From contig JBJBDL010000003.1 in the NCBI GenBank assembly GCA_047285305.1, positions 1,120,001 to 1,184,000 on the forward strand: 64,000 nt of DNA, in the 5' to 3' direction. The position numbers and the translations under genes are program-made. Position 1 is the stretch's first letter. Each line of letters begins with the position of its first letter. A model generated the notes under the pieces. That model worked only from the letters and a program-made list of their open reading frames with translations, searched no databases and was not told where the DNA came from. This stretch comes from Synechococcus sp. (GTDB lineage Bacteria; Cyanobacteriota; Cyanobacteriia; PCC-6307; Cyanobiaceae). Below are positions 44,092 to 54,693 of this stretch, piece after piece.

Positions 44092-45462
44092 TTAAATCTT
44101 TTTAATGAAGAAGACATTTGAATCTCTTATCTTCTCGACTTTGAAATTTCCCTCGATGTTCAATGCGTAGCATGCATTAATCAATCTGTCCTGGATTTGC
44201 TCTTCAGTGTAGTATTTTGATTTCTCCTGGCGAGGCATATCACTCGCTATATATTTTTGGAGTTTTAAGTATATTCTTTCATCAACGTATTCATTATTAA
44301 CCGTATTGTGCTTTTCCAGGTCTTTCATTATTTCCTTGAGACTAGAAACTGTTTCAAGTTTTTGAATTTCACTCAAATATTTGTTCGCTTTTTCAGTATC
44401 TACTAATTTCATGTTAATGTCCAGCAATTCTTTTGTTCCATAGTTGTCTAGGGTTTTCTCAAGTGATGTAGCCCTCTTTTTTATAGACTGCATTATCGTT
44501 GCAACCTCTTCTTGCGTTTGAGGCTTATATGTGCACATTTTATAGCTTTGTCCTAGTTCTCTTTTGTCCTTTACGACTTTGCTAATGTCTACTGTCTGTA
44601 TACCAGCAAGTGTTGCTTCCATTCCTATCGAACAGCCACTGTGTAGAACTACCTTTGATCCAAATATCCATGGCAATATTGATCCTGTACTTATAATTGT
44701 GATATTTCTGCGCTCCTTTACAAGTAGATCCCATATCTTTTTACTTCCTTGAGGGTGAGGTCGAAATATAATATTTTCTTCTGGCAATAAAATCCCTATA
44801 CCTGAAACAAAATTTGAAAAATTTACCGCAAATTTTCCAGTCTCGGCGTCTATATTTATCTTATCTTTTATTAGAAACTTTTCCGCGTACCTCGCAGGAA
44901 GTATGTTGTCCGATATTAAACTATAGTTGCCGAACATTAGTCTTATGCTTTCTGTTTCTTTCTTGTAGTAGCGTTGTCCTATTGGCCCACACATTTCTAT
45001 TCTTGTATTTCCCACTATCTTGAATTTATTTTTTAGTTTATCTCTCAGCTCATTTGGGCAGACATAATTTAAGACTAGTTCTTCCTCCAGCGAGTTCCAT
45101 GCATATACGCATGATGTTGCAGCAATGCTTTCTTCAGTTATCTCGTCCCCCTCAGCCAAATAATCGTCTTTTCTGGCCTCAATATCATTGATACCTTCTT
45201 CAAAAATTAATCCTACATATCCTCCATTATCTATTATTGGTTTGTACCAGCTTTCCGTTCTAAGCTTATTGTATATTGGCCTTCCCGCACCTATATGAAA
45301 TATTTTCTTTTCTTCCTTGTATATTGGAGACATATTATATTCGTGTCCCAGAATTACTAGATTGTCTTTATTAGCCGCGAGTGCCGCTAATAGTATTCTA
45401 CTGTCAAGTTCGCGGTTCCATACATGTAGTGGAAGTGCCACAATCCCCTTAAACTGATTCAT
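44092..45462 (-). CDS. surface carbohydrate biosynthesis protein (paralog 2)
   Basis: RELDSRILLA N-terminus, GNTR, RPHP, HSGC..GMEA; GT-B-like. Confidence 0.7.
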   Translation of the reverse strand: MNQFKGIVALPLHVWNRELDSRILLAALAANKDNLVILGHEYNMSPIYKEEKKIFHIGAGRPIYNKLRTESWYKPIIDNGGYVGLIFEEGINDIEARKDDYLAEGDEITEESIAATSCVYAWNSLEEELVLNYVCPNELRDKLKNKFKIVGNTRIEMCGPIGQRYYKKETESIRLMFGNYSLISDNILPARYAEKFLIKDKINIDAETGKFAVNFSNFVSGIGILLPEENIIFRPHPQGSKKIWDLLVKERRNITIISTGSILPWIFGSKVVLHSGCSIGMEATLAGIQTVDISKVVKDKRELGQSYKMCTYKPQTQEEVATIMQSIKKRATSLEKTLDNYGTKELLDINMKLVDTEKANKYLSEIQKLETVSSLKEIMKDLEKHNTVNNEYVDERIYLKLQKYIASDMPRQEKSKYYTEEQIQDRLINACYALNIEGNFKVEKIRDSNVFFIKKI

Positions 45463-45883
45463 TCAAATGAATTTACTTTTCTAAATCTTAGCATGCAATT
45501 ACTTTTTCTTTTTTCTCGTTGCTTTTTGATTGTATCCTTCCCTATCAGCTTTATTTTCTTTGGTTCATCTTTTTGAAGTTGCCTGAGAATGAGTTCTTTA
45601 TTTTCAGTCTTTTCATCTCTGCTGTGCTTCATGTTCTGGGGATAACGAAGAGTTTTCTGTACCATCAGACTTTTTTGCTCTAGGTCTATCCAATTATGTT
45701 TTTTGAAGGTATTATGTAATATAATCTATTTTTGTCAGCCAATTTGTGGGACTTCCTGTCTACTGTATGGCCGCTCTATTTTTAGTGTTTGCATTGCATC
45801 AACTTTAGGCAGGTACATTTTTGCTATAAATCTTTCGAATCTTAGCTGTTGTATGCTTGTGTTGGCATTTCTTTTTTTATGGG

Positions 45884-47236
45884 TTATGCTTTGTTTATAA
45901 AAAAGACGTTTGATTTTCCGACCAATTTAGCTTCAATCTTGTCTTTAATATTCAAGGCATTGCATGCCCAGTTTAATCTCTCTTGAATTTCTTCTTCTGC
46001 ATAGTATCTGGATTTTTCAGGATTTGGAACGTATCTCTTTATTGCACTCTGGAATTCAACGTATATCTTTTCGGTGATATCCTTTTCATTAGGACCACTG
46101 AACTGGTCTAAATCCTTCATTATTTCTTTTAAGCTAGATGTTTTTTCAAATCTCTGGCTTTCACTTGTGTACTTACTCACTCTTTCTGTATTTACTAATT
46201 TCATATTAATATCTAGCAAGGTATATGCTTCATAGTTGTCTAGGGTTCTTGATAGTGATGAATCGTCTGATCTCTGAGTTCTGATTAAAGTTGCGGCTTC
46301 TTCAAGCGTTTTTGGTTTATATGTACACATTTTATGGCTTTGCCCGAGTTCTCTTTCGTCGTTTATCATTTTGCTTATATCCATCGTTTTCTTTCCAGCC
46401 AGTGTTGCTTCCATTCCTATAGTGCACCCGCTATGTAGAGCTAACTTGGATCCATGTATCCATGGTAATACTGACCCTCCGCCTATAACTATTAGGTTTC
46501 TCCTTTCTCTTACTAATACATCCCACAATTTCTTGCTGCTTTGTGGGTGAGGTCTCAATATTACATTTTCTTTCTGCACTAGGTCGCATACGTCCGACAC
46601 GAAATTTGCAAAATTTTTAGCTAGCCTTAATCTTTTGTTCGCTTTGGTGGTCATTTGTCCAAATCTTACAGGAACCATATTGTCTGATGCCAGGTGATAT
46701 TCGCCAAATATTCTTCTTATGCTCTCTATTTGCTTTTGAAAATATCGTTGGCCTATTGGGCCGCACAATTCTATTCTTGTGTTACCTACTATCTTAAATT
46801 TTTTTTCTAATTCCGTTCTCAGTTCTTCGGGGCACATTTCATTTATCACTATCTCCTTTTCTGCCTTGTTCCATGCATATACACACGATGTAGTCGCGAT
46901 GCTTTCTTTGTTTATCTTGTCTTCAGGGCCCAAATACTTGCGTCCTTTTCTCTCGATATCGTTGACTCCTTCTTCGAAGATTAAGCCTACATAGCCTCCA
47001 TTGTTGATTATCGATCTATACCAAACCTGTGTTCTAAGTTTGTTGAATATTGGTCTTCCTGCCCCTATGTGAAATATTTTATTCTTTGTTTTGTATATTG
47101 GAGCCATGTTGTATTCATGTCCCAATATTACCAAATTATTTTTGCTTGCTGCAAGCGCTGCCAAAAGTATTCTGCTGTCAAGTTCTCTGTCCCATACATG
47201 CAGTGGTAGCGCTACAATTCCCTTAAATGAATTCAT
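45884..47236 (-). CDS. surface carbohydrate biosynthesis protein (paralog 1)
   Basis: Colinear, clearly similar paralog of 44092-45462. Confidence 0.7.
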   Translation of the reverse strand: MNSFKGIVALPLHVWDRELDSRILLAALAASKNNLVILGHEYNMAPIYKTKNKIFHIGAGRPIFNKLRTQVWYRSIINNGGYVGLIFEEGVNDIERKGRKYLGPEDKINKESIATTSCVYAWNKAEKEIVINEMCPEELRTELEKKFKIVGNTRIELCGPIGQRYFQKQIESIRRIFGEYHLASDNMVPVRFGQMTTKANKRLRLAKNFANFVSDVCDLVQKENVILRPHPQSSKKLWDVLVRERRNLIVIGGGSVLPWIHGSKLALHSGCTIGMEATLAGKKTMDISKMINDERELGQSHKMCTYKPKTLEEAATLIRTQRSDDSSLSRTLDNYEAYTLLDINMKLVNTERVSKYTSESQRFEKTSSLKEIMKDLDQFSGPNEKDITEKIYVEFQSAIKRYVPNPEKSRYYAEEEIQERLNWACNALNIKDKIEAKLVGKSNVFFINKA

Positions 47237-47376
47237 TTAGATGTTTCCTTTTTTAGATATTAGCACATTGGCCCTGGCTATGATCGAGTTCAACTATTAT
47301 TGCCGCACATGATTTTTTGAAAAATTTACCGAACATTCTTCTTCTTTGTTGATGGTGAAGTTTCTATACCAGCTTT

Positions 47377-47747
47377 GCTCCAGTCTGTTGAGGAGACAGA
47401 TGCAGAAGCGCTGAATACTTCGACTTCAACTCAGTGCCTTCTGCACTGAAGTCGTACCGCCTGAGATCGTTGACGGAGCGGTAACAATCACCATTAACGA
47501 CACCCCTCTCACCAATCCCTCCTATTACTCGGTTGCAGACACGCAGGCTTATGAGGGTGACACCCTCTACCTCAAAGCCTCACGCACCGGAAACATCAAC
47601 CTCGCCCATGACCTCAGCCTCTCTCTGACGAACGGCACCGCCTTCCAGGGCTTTGACTTCATGCCGCCAACCGCCACCACCGACTCCAGCTGGAGTGCAG
47701 CAGCACTGGGCCACAACGTTTTTGGGGATGCTTCCAGGTTCTGGTGA
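47377..47747 (+). pseudogene. Calx-beta-like fragment of a large surface protein
   Basis: Start-less frame reading AVTITIND..YSVADTQAYEGDTL..SRTGN..NGTAFQGFDF. Confidence 0.55.
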
Positions 47748-47817
47748 ACCTTGAAGGGGGGACACAAACGCCCACGTCTCTGATGGCACCCAAAAGAGAA
47801 GAGCTAAGAACGGCTAA

Positions 47818-48078
47818 ATGGCTCTGGCTGCCTTAAGGCAAGAGCTCTGTCATCAGGTCTCTTCCTCCCTCTCTGTCGTGCCATCAAGCCATAGAGCTCA
47901 ACCCCGTTTCTTGCGCCTTGCAGAGGTGCTTGAGATGACGGGGATGGGCAAGACCTTCATCTATGCCCGCGTGAAGGACGGAACCTTCCCCAAGCAGATC
48001 CAGTTGGGTTCTCGCACGGTCGTCTGGAGCCAGCAGGAGGTCATCAAGTGGATGGAAGACCGCATGGCATCCAGATGA
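47818..48078 (+). CDS. AlpA family regulator/excisionase
   Basis: FLRLAEVLEMTGMGKTFIY..GTFPKQIQLGSRTVVW..EV..W; start may be 47878. Confidence 0.9.
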   Translation: MALAALRQELCHQVSSSLSVVPSSHRAQPRFLRLAEVLEMTGMGKTFIYARVKDGTFPKQIQLGSRTVVWSQQEVIKWMEDRMASR

Positions 48079-48217
48079 TCCAGTTCAGGGTCGTTCGTAG
48101 GCGTTCGTGGATGTCCGCGATCTCGTGATGGGGTATGTGATGGGGTATTTGCCGACGATTTCGGAAAAATCGTTCGTAGCCGTTCGCTGAAGTGCGTCAG
48201 GGAGTGAAATCGACTTT

Positions 48218-48228
48218 CACCCTCTCCG
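48218..48228 (+). repeat. att-like copy of tRNA-Ser 3' end
   Basis: CACCCTCTCCG identical to 38695-38705; preceded by a GTGATGGGGTAT tandem repeat. Confidence 0.8.
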
Positions 48229-48393
48229 TATTTACTGCTTCCTAGGAAGTCCTCTGAAGTCCCATTCTCTAGTGAGGGTGGGACTTCTTAGCGTCTAGGT
48301 GGTCCTGGTTGGTCCCGTAAAGGGGCAGGATGTCCTGAAAATGTGCTGGTGGAAGTGTTGGTGGAAATAAGGGGTGTGTTGGTGGAATTCTGG

Positions 48394-48471
48394 GGTGCTC
48401 GTTCTGTGGTCTGGAAGCGTTCCCAGGTTGAAGACTGGTGCAACCAGAAAGTTTCTGCTGTTCTTGGTTGA
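48394..48471 (+). pseudogene. AlpA C-terminal remnant
   Basis: GARSVVWKRSQVEDWCNQKV. Confidence 0.65.
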
Positions 48472-49333
48472 TAACTCCGAGAGCAAGCATATTTTCACTT
48501 GCTTGTTAAAGACAAATGCGATTTCAAGAGAAACTTACAGAAAAAGAAATCTAATAGTGGTGCACGATGCCACTGCTAATAGTGCAAAAACTTTGATCAC
48601 TACTGATGCCGTAATAAGAGATGATTTACTGGGGCTTATGACTTATTGCATCGATAGATGCCGTCCAGGTTCAGTTGATGATCTATCGGTCTCAGTCAAT
48701 GGGAATCTTATGCCAAGTATTACCTATACTGAGCAGTATTGCCCTGACTGGGGAGTAGGTATGCACTCCCCCTTTGTTCACTCACATAATGAGGAACTAA
48801 TGGAATGCCAATGGCAATTGACTATCAACTTTATACGCAAGAACTACGAACTGAACACCTCAAGCAGCAAGAGACATTTTGTGATTTCTATTTTGATGAG
48901 GATTTACCCAAAGGTGAATGGGATGTATTCAATATCGCATCCCACGAGCCCAACCATTTTTCAATGATTGGGCTCGTGGCAGGGATATGGTGTGGGACAG
49001 CGAATAGTGAATGTAGCTTATTGCCCTCAATTTATCTGGGGCGATTTTTCGAGACAATTGATTCGTTATTTCGCTCTCGATTTGGTTTCGATGTAGGTTA
49101 GGAACCTTAGGGTTTTTATGTTGACTTCCTAAAACAGCAATCCTGCAGTTATGGTAGTCATTGCAGGATTCTATTATCTATTCGAATTCACGGTCATTTT
49201 ACGGGTGCAGGGACAATTGAAGAGTTTTTCGATGGCCATTGGTCACTACCTCCACTGGTCAATGGGATCTCCTCATTTCCTTTCCAGTTTCGCGCTGATA
49301 GGTTTATAGTAGACTTCTCAAAAATGCATTAGC

Positions 49334-50227
49334 GTGTCTAGTATTTGCTTCTATGTTCATACTCCAAAGTGTGGTGGAAGTAGTGTGCAACATGCGTTAA
49401 GAGACCCAAGAGTCTTTCTAGTTAAAACTTCTGACATCAAAATTTCCGACGAAAGTTTCGATTCTCTATTTGTAAAGCAGGTTGACAGACCCCTGATAGT
49501 TCATGGTCACATTCACCATCTTGGTCGCAACCAACAGGAGGTTGATCCGGTTATTTATAGAAGATTTATGAGAGCATTGTATAATCAAATTCCAATGATA
49601 TTTCCCACTAGACACCCTGCTGATTTGGTTCAATCCTGGATGCACTATTCAAAAACGCGTGCCAATAGGATTCTCGCTGACATGATGAGTCAAGGCACCA
49701 CGGAAGTAAAGATATCTGGCAAAAATCTTGGAATGTTCACTCGTATTGCGCATTTGAAACAGAAGGACCTTCTACTAAAAGAAGGTCGAATCGTCCTCCG
49801 AAATCATACGATTAATCTTGCAGAAGAGAATGAAGAGGAAAATATGCATCTTTTTATTGATCACTTGCTTGGCGTAAGTAGTGATAAAAATACTCTGCGG
49901 TCTATGCAGAGTCAATTAATGGCACCTGCTCTCAGTTTGATTGGCGAAAAGATCAATCAGGGAGTGCCATATAAAATTATCCCGCCTCAATCAGACGATA
50001 CACGCCCTATTTTCTATTATGACTCACAGCATCTAACCGAGAGAGTCGCCAGAATACTTGACGATTATACTTTCCATGGTTTTAGTAATAAGTTGAGGAT
50101 GGCACGTGCAAATCCGAGCACTGATAAGCCCACTCTTCTTGCCTCTTCTATTAAAAGTGTGGATGAAAGGCTGATGACAATTATTCCTGGTGAGTACCGT
50201 ATTTATGCAATGGGTCTCGCCTCGTAG
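49334..50227 (+). CDS. sulfotransferase-like protein (paralog 1)
   Basis: HTPKCGGSS (5'-PSB-like), HGH, RHP....SW.HY (3'-PB-like). Confidence 0.7.
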   Translation: MSSICFYVHTPKCGGSSVQHALRDPRVFLVKTSDIKISDESFDSLFVKQVDRPLIVHGHIHHLGRNQQEVDPVIYRRFMRALYNQIPMIFPTRHPADLVQSWMHYSKTRANRILADMMSQGTTEVKISGKNLGMFTRIAHLKQKDLLLKEGRIVLRNHTINLAEENEEENMHLFIDHLLGVSSDKNTLRSMQSQLMAPALSLIGEKINQGVPYKIIPPQSDDTRPIFYYDSQHLTERVARILDDYTFHGFSNKLRMARANPSTDKPTLLASSIKSVDERLMTIIPGEYRIYAMGLAS

Positions 50228-50619
50228 CATATTTAAATCTACTGCGTTTTAGTATTTCTCTTGAAGAAGCATCTTTTTTTATATTTAATCAGGGAGGGAG
50301 TGGCTTTATATTTTGTTCTTTTTTGTTGGCATTGATCCATGCATGGAGCGAACCCGGTCCCTGAATCGCTTTGCCATCCATGTGATCAGCATCTGTCCGT
50401 CCTCCTTTACTTCTCGCGGTTGAATGCAACCTGGATTGCTTCTTCAATGACTGCTTCTGGTTTCCTCTTGGTCTTCTTGGAAACCTCAATGAGCATTTCG
50501 TAATGCACGTTTGATATTTGGATTGATTTCATGCGATTGAATGCCTTTCACCTGCTTGATCTTTGCTCCAAGAGTTGGTCCGATAGCGTTCTATACGGTC
50601 TTTTGAGACTTATATGGAC

Positions 50620-50632
50620 TCCCACCCTCCCC
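50620..50632 (+). repeat. degenerate att-like copy of tRNA-Ser 3' end
   Basis: TCCCACCCTCCCC followed by about 180 nt similar to 48230-48390. Confidence 0.65.
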
Positions 50633-50852
50633 CTATTAAGCACTTCCCTGGAAGCCCTCTGAAGTCCCATTCTCTAGTGAGGGTGAGACTTCTCATCGTT
50701 TAGGTGGTCCTGGTTCGCGCCATAAAGCACCACGGTGTCCTGATTATGTGTTCGTGGAAGTGTTGACGGAAACGATGGTTGTGTTGGTGGAAAATATGTG
50801 TGTTGGTGGAATACTCAAAACCTTTTCCTAGAGTTATTCCATTCCGATATCG

Positions 50853-51071
50853 ATGATTTATCTTCTGACCAATCATTTGAAGCCAAATACCCCTTCCCTT
50901 GTCCCGAAGGTGTCTCTGGACTGTGGGCGCTTGCTGCCTGATGGACTTCCTTCGCTGAAGGAGCGTCGGCATCTGAAGAAGAATGTCGCAAAGCAGTTGT
51001 GGAATTCCCTTCAGACGCAGGTATGGAAACCACTCAAAGAACCCGCTTGTGGTGTTGCTGCGGATGTTTGA
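50853..51071 (+). pseudogene. degenerate DUF1651-like gene
   Basis: PKVSLDCGR..LKERRHLKKNVAKQLWNSLQTQ aligns with 39344-39589; N-terminus lost. Confidence 0.75.
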
Positions 51072-51074
51072 GAC

Positions 51075-52346
51075 GTTCGGCAACCCGTCAGCATAAATAC
51101 TCATTCAGTCGTGTTAGACCAGTCGTATCGCATGAGAGCGAGGAACCCAGGAGGTCAATCACTCCTGGGTCTTTCCTTGGAAAATTCTCACGGCACTCAC
51201 AGCGGTCCCACCTCATCGGTGATGGTGGTGGTCGCTGGGCGTCGTCCCGCCCAGCGGCACTTTCAGTCCCCGAAGGAGCGATAGGGATACCGCTACTTTT
51301 TGTTCCCTTAAGGAGTAGTTCCGCTCATGCCCTGGTGCTCTGAAGCGCCTTAGAACGGGAATGAGGTCAGAGACCGCTGAAGCAGTAACCAGGTCTCAAC
51401 GACCTTCAGGGGGGTACCGCTTGCCCCCCTTCTTAATGAGCGGTTCTACTGATGGCGTCAGAGTTTGTAACGGAGCGAACATAAAAGAGCATCATCCGTA
51501 AGAGATGAATGCGTCGAACAGAGCAGAGGGTGGGACCTCTGCTTTTTCTTGGGTTGCTGACCCCAGTAGTCGTTTGGTCGTAATGGCGACGACCAGTAAG
51601 TATTTCTTCAGGCACCTTGTAGCTGCTCCCTTTTGATGAGGGGGTGATGCGTCGAACTGGGAGGGGGTGGGACCCCTCCTTTTTTTGCTGTTTCGTAAAG
51701 AGTGCTCTCGCCTCTGGCTTTGGACAGGTGATGCTGTCTGTGGACCTACTCCCTTGGTTCGACGCATTACCTCCCTTCGTTGGCGGCATTCCTTGCCGCT
51801 TTTTTATTGCCTGCGGGCATAAGACCTGAAGCAGTGGTTCCGCTCATGCATTGGCGCTCTGACTCGCCTTAGAACGGGAATGAGGTCAGAGACCGCTGAA
51901 GCAGTAACCAGGTCTCAACGACCTTTAGGGGGAGGGACCGGTTGCCCCCTTCTCAATGGGCGCTTCTACGGATGGCGGCGCATCTGTTGCGGCGGGAACA
52001 TCTGTTTATCCCTCGTAAGGGGGGATGGATGCGTCATATGGGGAGCGGGTGGGACCGCTCCTTTTTTTGGCAGTTCGTAAACGGCACCCACGGCACCGCT
52101 GACTGCCTGAAGAGGGTGGTGCCGCTGGTAACCCCAGCGTTTTCGACGCGTTAGTCCCCTTGTTTCTGGCGGCACTCCCTGCCGCCCTTTCTTATTGCTT
52201 GCGGGCAACCGAACCAGGAACGGTCCTCAACACCTCTTCTGACGGTTCCCATACACCTCGGGGGAGAGCATCTTGTGGAGGGCAGACGCGTTGAGAGACG
52301 AGGGGTCCATCCTTCTGGGGGGTGAGAGACCCAGAGGTCTTGTTTT
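51075..52346 (+). ncRNA. putative structured ncRNA array, copy II (eight hairpin-terminated units)
   Basis: Units end in hairpin+T-run near 51174, 51301, 51547, 51686, 51805, 52068, 52190, 52346; two internal promoter motifs. Confidence 0.65.
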
Positions 52347-52453
52347 GTGGTCTCAGGGTGTCCCACCAGATGTGTTGGTGGAAATGCTGGCCGATTTTAG
52401 AAATACGTCCCTAACAGTCCTAGGAGGTCCTATCCGGACCTCTAATCTGCGTA

Positions 52454-52464
52454 CACCCTCTCCG
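52454..52464 (+). repeat. att-like copy of tRNA-Ser 3' end
   Basis: CACCCTCTCCG followed by TATTTA, as at 48218. Confidence 0.8.
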
Positions 52465-52627
52465 TATTTATTCAGTCCTGGTCGGTCTTCAGAAGTCCCC
52501 AATCCATTGCGGTGCGTGATTTTTAGGGGTTCCTAGTCCTGGTGAGTTTCTGAAAGTTCCAGGATGTCCCGCGAATGTGTGGGTGGGAATATGGGCGAAT
52601 AAAAATTTGTGGGGTTGAAATGCTGGT

Positions 52628-53476
52628 ATGTCACCCTCTGGCTCGCAAATCTGTTACGTAAATGCAGCCGACAAAAGATAGAAGAAAAGTTGTGGGGACT
52701 CTCTTTTCTTGGTGCTGGAACCCATCGGCAAGGGAGGAGGCAAGTCATTCATGGGAAGGATTCGGTTTCCTCTTAGTCGGACCAATCCTGTTTTGGATGT
52801 TCGGATCGGGGTTTATGGGAAAGGTCCTGGGAAGTGCTCTCTCAGGGAATCAAGAGATGAATGGGCAGCAATCAGGACATGGAGCAGAGAAATCGGTAAA
52901 GATCCCAGGAGAGAAAGAGAGCAGCAGGCACTCCTGGTTCAGAGGAAGATCTCTCCGACCCTTAAACAAGCATGTGAATCGTTCCTCTCTGACTGAACCT
53001 CGGCAAATGAGAGTGGGAAGAGGGAATACAGAAATCTCCTTTGGAACCAGGTTCTTTCTGAGTTCGTTGGGAAGATACCGGTGGAGCACTTCGCCTGGGA
53101 ATACAGGTACTCAGGTGGGAAGACCACCCGGTAACTCATGACCGAATACCTGGGAAGAGTCAGGAAGAAGGAACCCTACTCAGCAAGCAAGCAGCAGATG
53201 GTCCTGAAAGGGGTTTTTTAGAACGCGGTCAATAAGGGGGGAATCAAGGACGGAACGAACCCGTTGGTGCGATCGGTGTTCAGCTCCAAGGACAGGAAGT
53301 TGCGTCAGGTCCAGCACTATCCGTTTCCATTCTGGGGACAACTCCGTTAGTTCTTTGAGGAGTTTGCCCGCAACGAACCGAATTTTCAGTTCTCAAGCCG
53401 TGGTGTGCTTGCTGACCTTCATGACTGATCTGCGGGTGGGTGCGATGTCTGGGATGCGATGGGAAGAGTCGATACG
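52628..53476 (+). pseudogene. P4-like tyrosine integrase pseudogene
   Basis: Arm-binding domain (GDSLFLVLEP..GGKSF..IGVY..SLRESR), internal stops, box I remnant TDLRVGAMSGMRWEE; C-terminus deleted. Confidence 0.85.
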
Positions 53477-53566
53477 GAAGACGGGGACTTTACAAAGCAA
53501 GTTGCTCTGGGGGCTCGTTCTGTCGTCTGGGTTCGAGCTCAGGTCGAAGACTGGATGTTGTGTAAG
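53477..53566 (+). pseudogene. AlpA C-terminal remnant
   Basis: EDGDFTKQVALGARSVVWVRAQVEDWM. Confidence 0.7.
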
Positions 53567-53603
53567 ATTTCGTGTGAAAATACAAGCATTCATAAAGCAT
53601 AAT

Positions 53604-54512
53604 ATGAAAAAACATGTCTTCTATCTCCATCCTAGAAAATGTGGGGGTTCTAGTGTTAACTCTACTCTTCGTAGAATCGGCATCCCTTTTGTAAGTACGT
53701 CGGAGATGATTGTTGATGAATCCGAATTTAATTCTCTATTTCTCTCGAATTATAGCCGTATTTTGATGCATGGACATATTTCCTATATTGGTAAAGGAAA
53801 TCCCAACAAAAATAACGAATTGTTTTCAAAATATGTTAAAAATATTTTTAAGGAGTTTTCACTCATAATGCCAACACGGCATCCTGCAAATCTTGTTCAG
53901 TCTTGGATGCATTACTCAAAGACACGTACGAACAAAATTCTATCTAAGATGCATGCAGAGGAAGTAAATATGCTGACCCTCGCGGAAGAAGATTATCCAA
54001 TGTTGAGACGCATGGCAGCATTAAAGCAGGATACTATTTCGATGAATGATAATTTAGAAATTTCTAATTTTGAAGTTATCTTAAAACAAGAAGACGAGGA
54101 GGAAAATCTTCATAAATTTATAGACTTTCTTTTGAGTAAAAGGTATGAATGGGTGACGTTGAGGTCTATGCAGATTGAGTTAATGGCACCTATGACTAGT
54201 GTTCTTGAAAGAAAAGTGCATTCTGGTTCCTCATATATCATTGATCCACCTCGGACTGATGAGAATCGATTTGTTTTTTATTACGATGTTGAAAATATGG
54301 ACGACCAAGTTTTAAGTCTGTTGGATTTAGTTATTTCTGACAAATTTTCAAAGGTATATCGGTGCACTCGTACCAACCAAAGCGAATCTCCATCAAAAAT
54401 AAAGGCAAGTAACATTCAGTCAGTAGACGATCGATTGAGAAAGTTGATCCCAAATGAATATTTAATTTATAATCTTGGAAGGTTGCCAAATTTTAGTGAT
54501 GTTTGTTTATGA
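53604..54512 (+). CDS. sulfotransferase-like protein (paralog 2)
   Basis: HPRKCGGSS, HGH, PTRHPANLVQSWMHYSKTR nearly identical to 49334-50227. Confidence 0.7.
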   Translation: MKKHVFYLHPRKCGGSSVNSTLRRIGIPFVSTSEMIVDESEFNSLFLSNYSRILMHGHISYIGKGNPNKNNELFSKYVKNIFKEFSLIMPTRHPANLVQSWMHYSKTRTNKILSKMHAEEVNMLTLAEEDYPMLRRMAALKQDTISMNDNLEISNFEVILKQEDEEENLHKFIDFLLSKRYEWVTLRSMQIELMAPMTSVLERKVHSGSSYIIDPPRTDENRFVFYYDVENMDDQVLSLLDLVISDKFSKVYRCTRTNQSESPSKIKASNIQSVDDRLRKLIPNEYLIYNLGRLPNFSDVCL

Positions 54513-54693
54513 TTATTTGCATTCTTGCGTATAAAACTGTTAGTAATTAAAGAATTGGTTGATCTTGATATCATGCATTCATGATCATCTTGTGAGTCCT
54601 CTTGACTCTACTCAATACACATCGATATTTATTGGGTAGTCATTGTTTTGCATCTACTGCTACTTTTTTGTCTGCTAGTACAATCTTATTTGT

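Noticed and set aside
48374..49101. Two overlapping ORFs as intact genes
   Set aside because: The first begins in arm repeats and an AlpA remnant; no recognisable motifs; probably fragments
51075..52346. CRISPR array
   Set aside because: No identical short repeats with regular spacers and no cas genes in the window
53355..53603. N-terminal extension making a 385-aa integrase-sulfotransferase fusion
   Set aside because: Chance open frame through integrase and out-of-frame AlpA debris; the paralog at 49334 indicates a start at 53604
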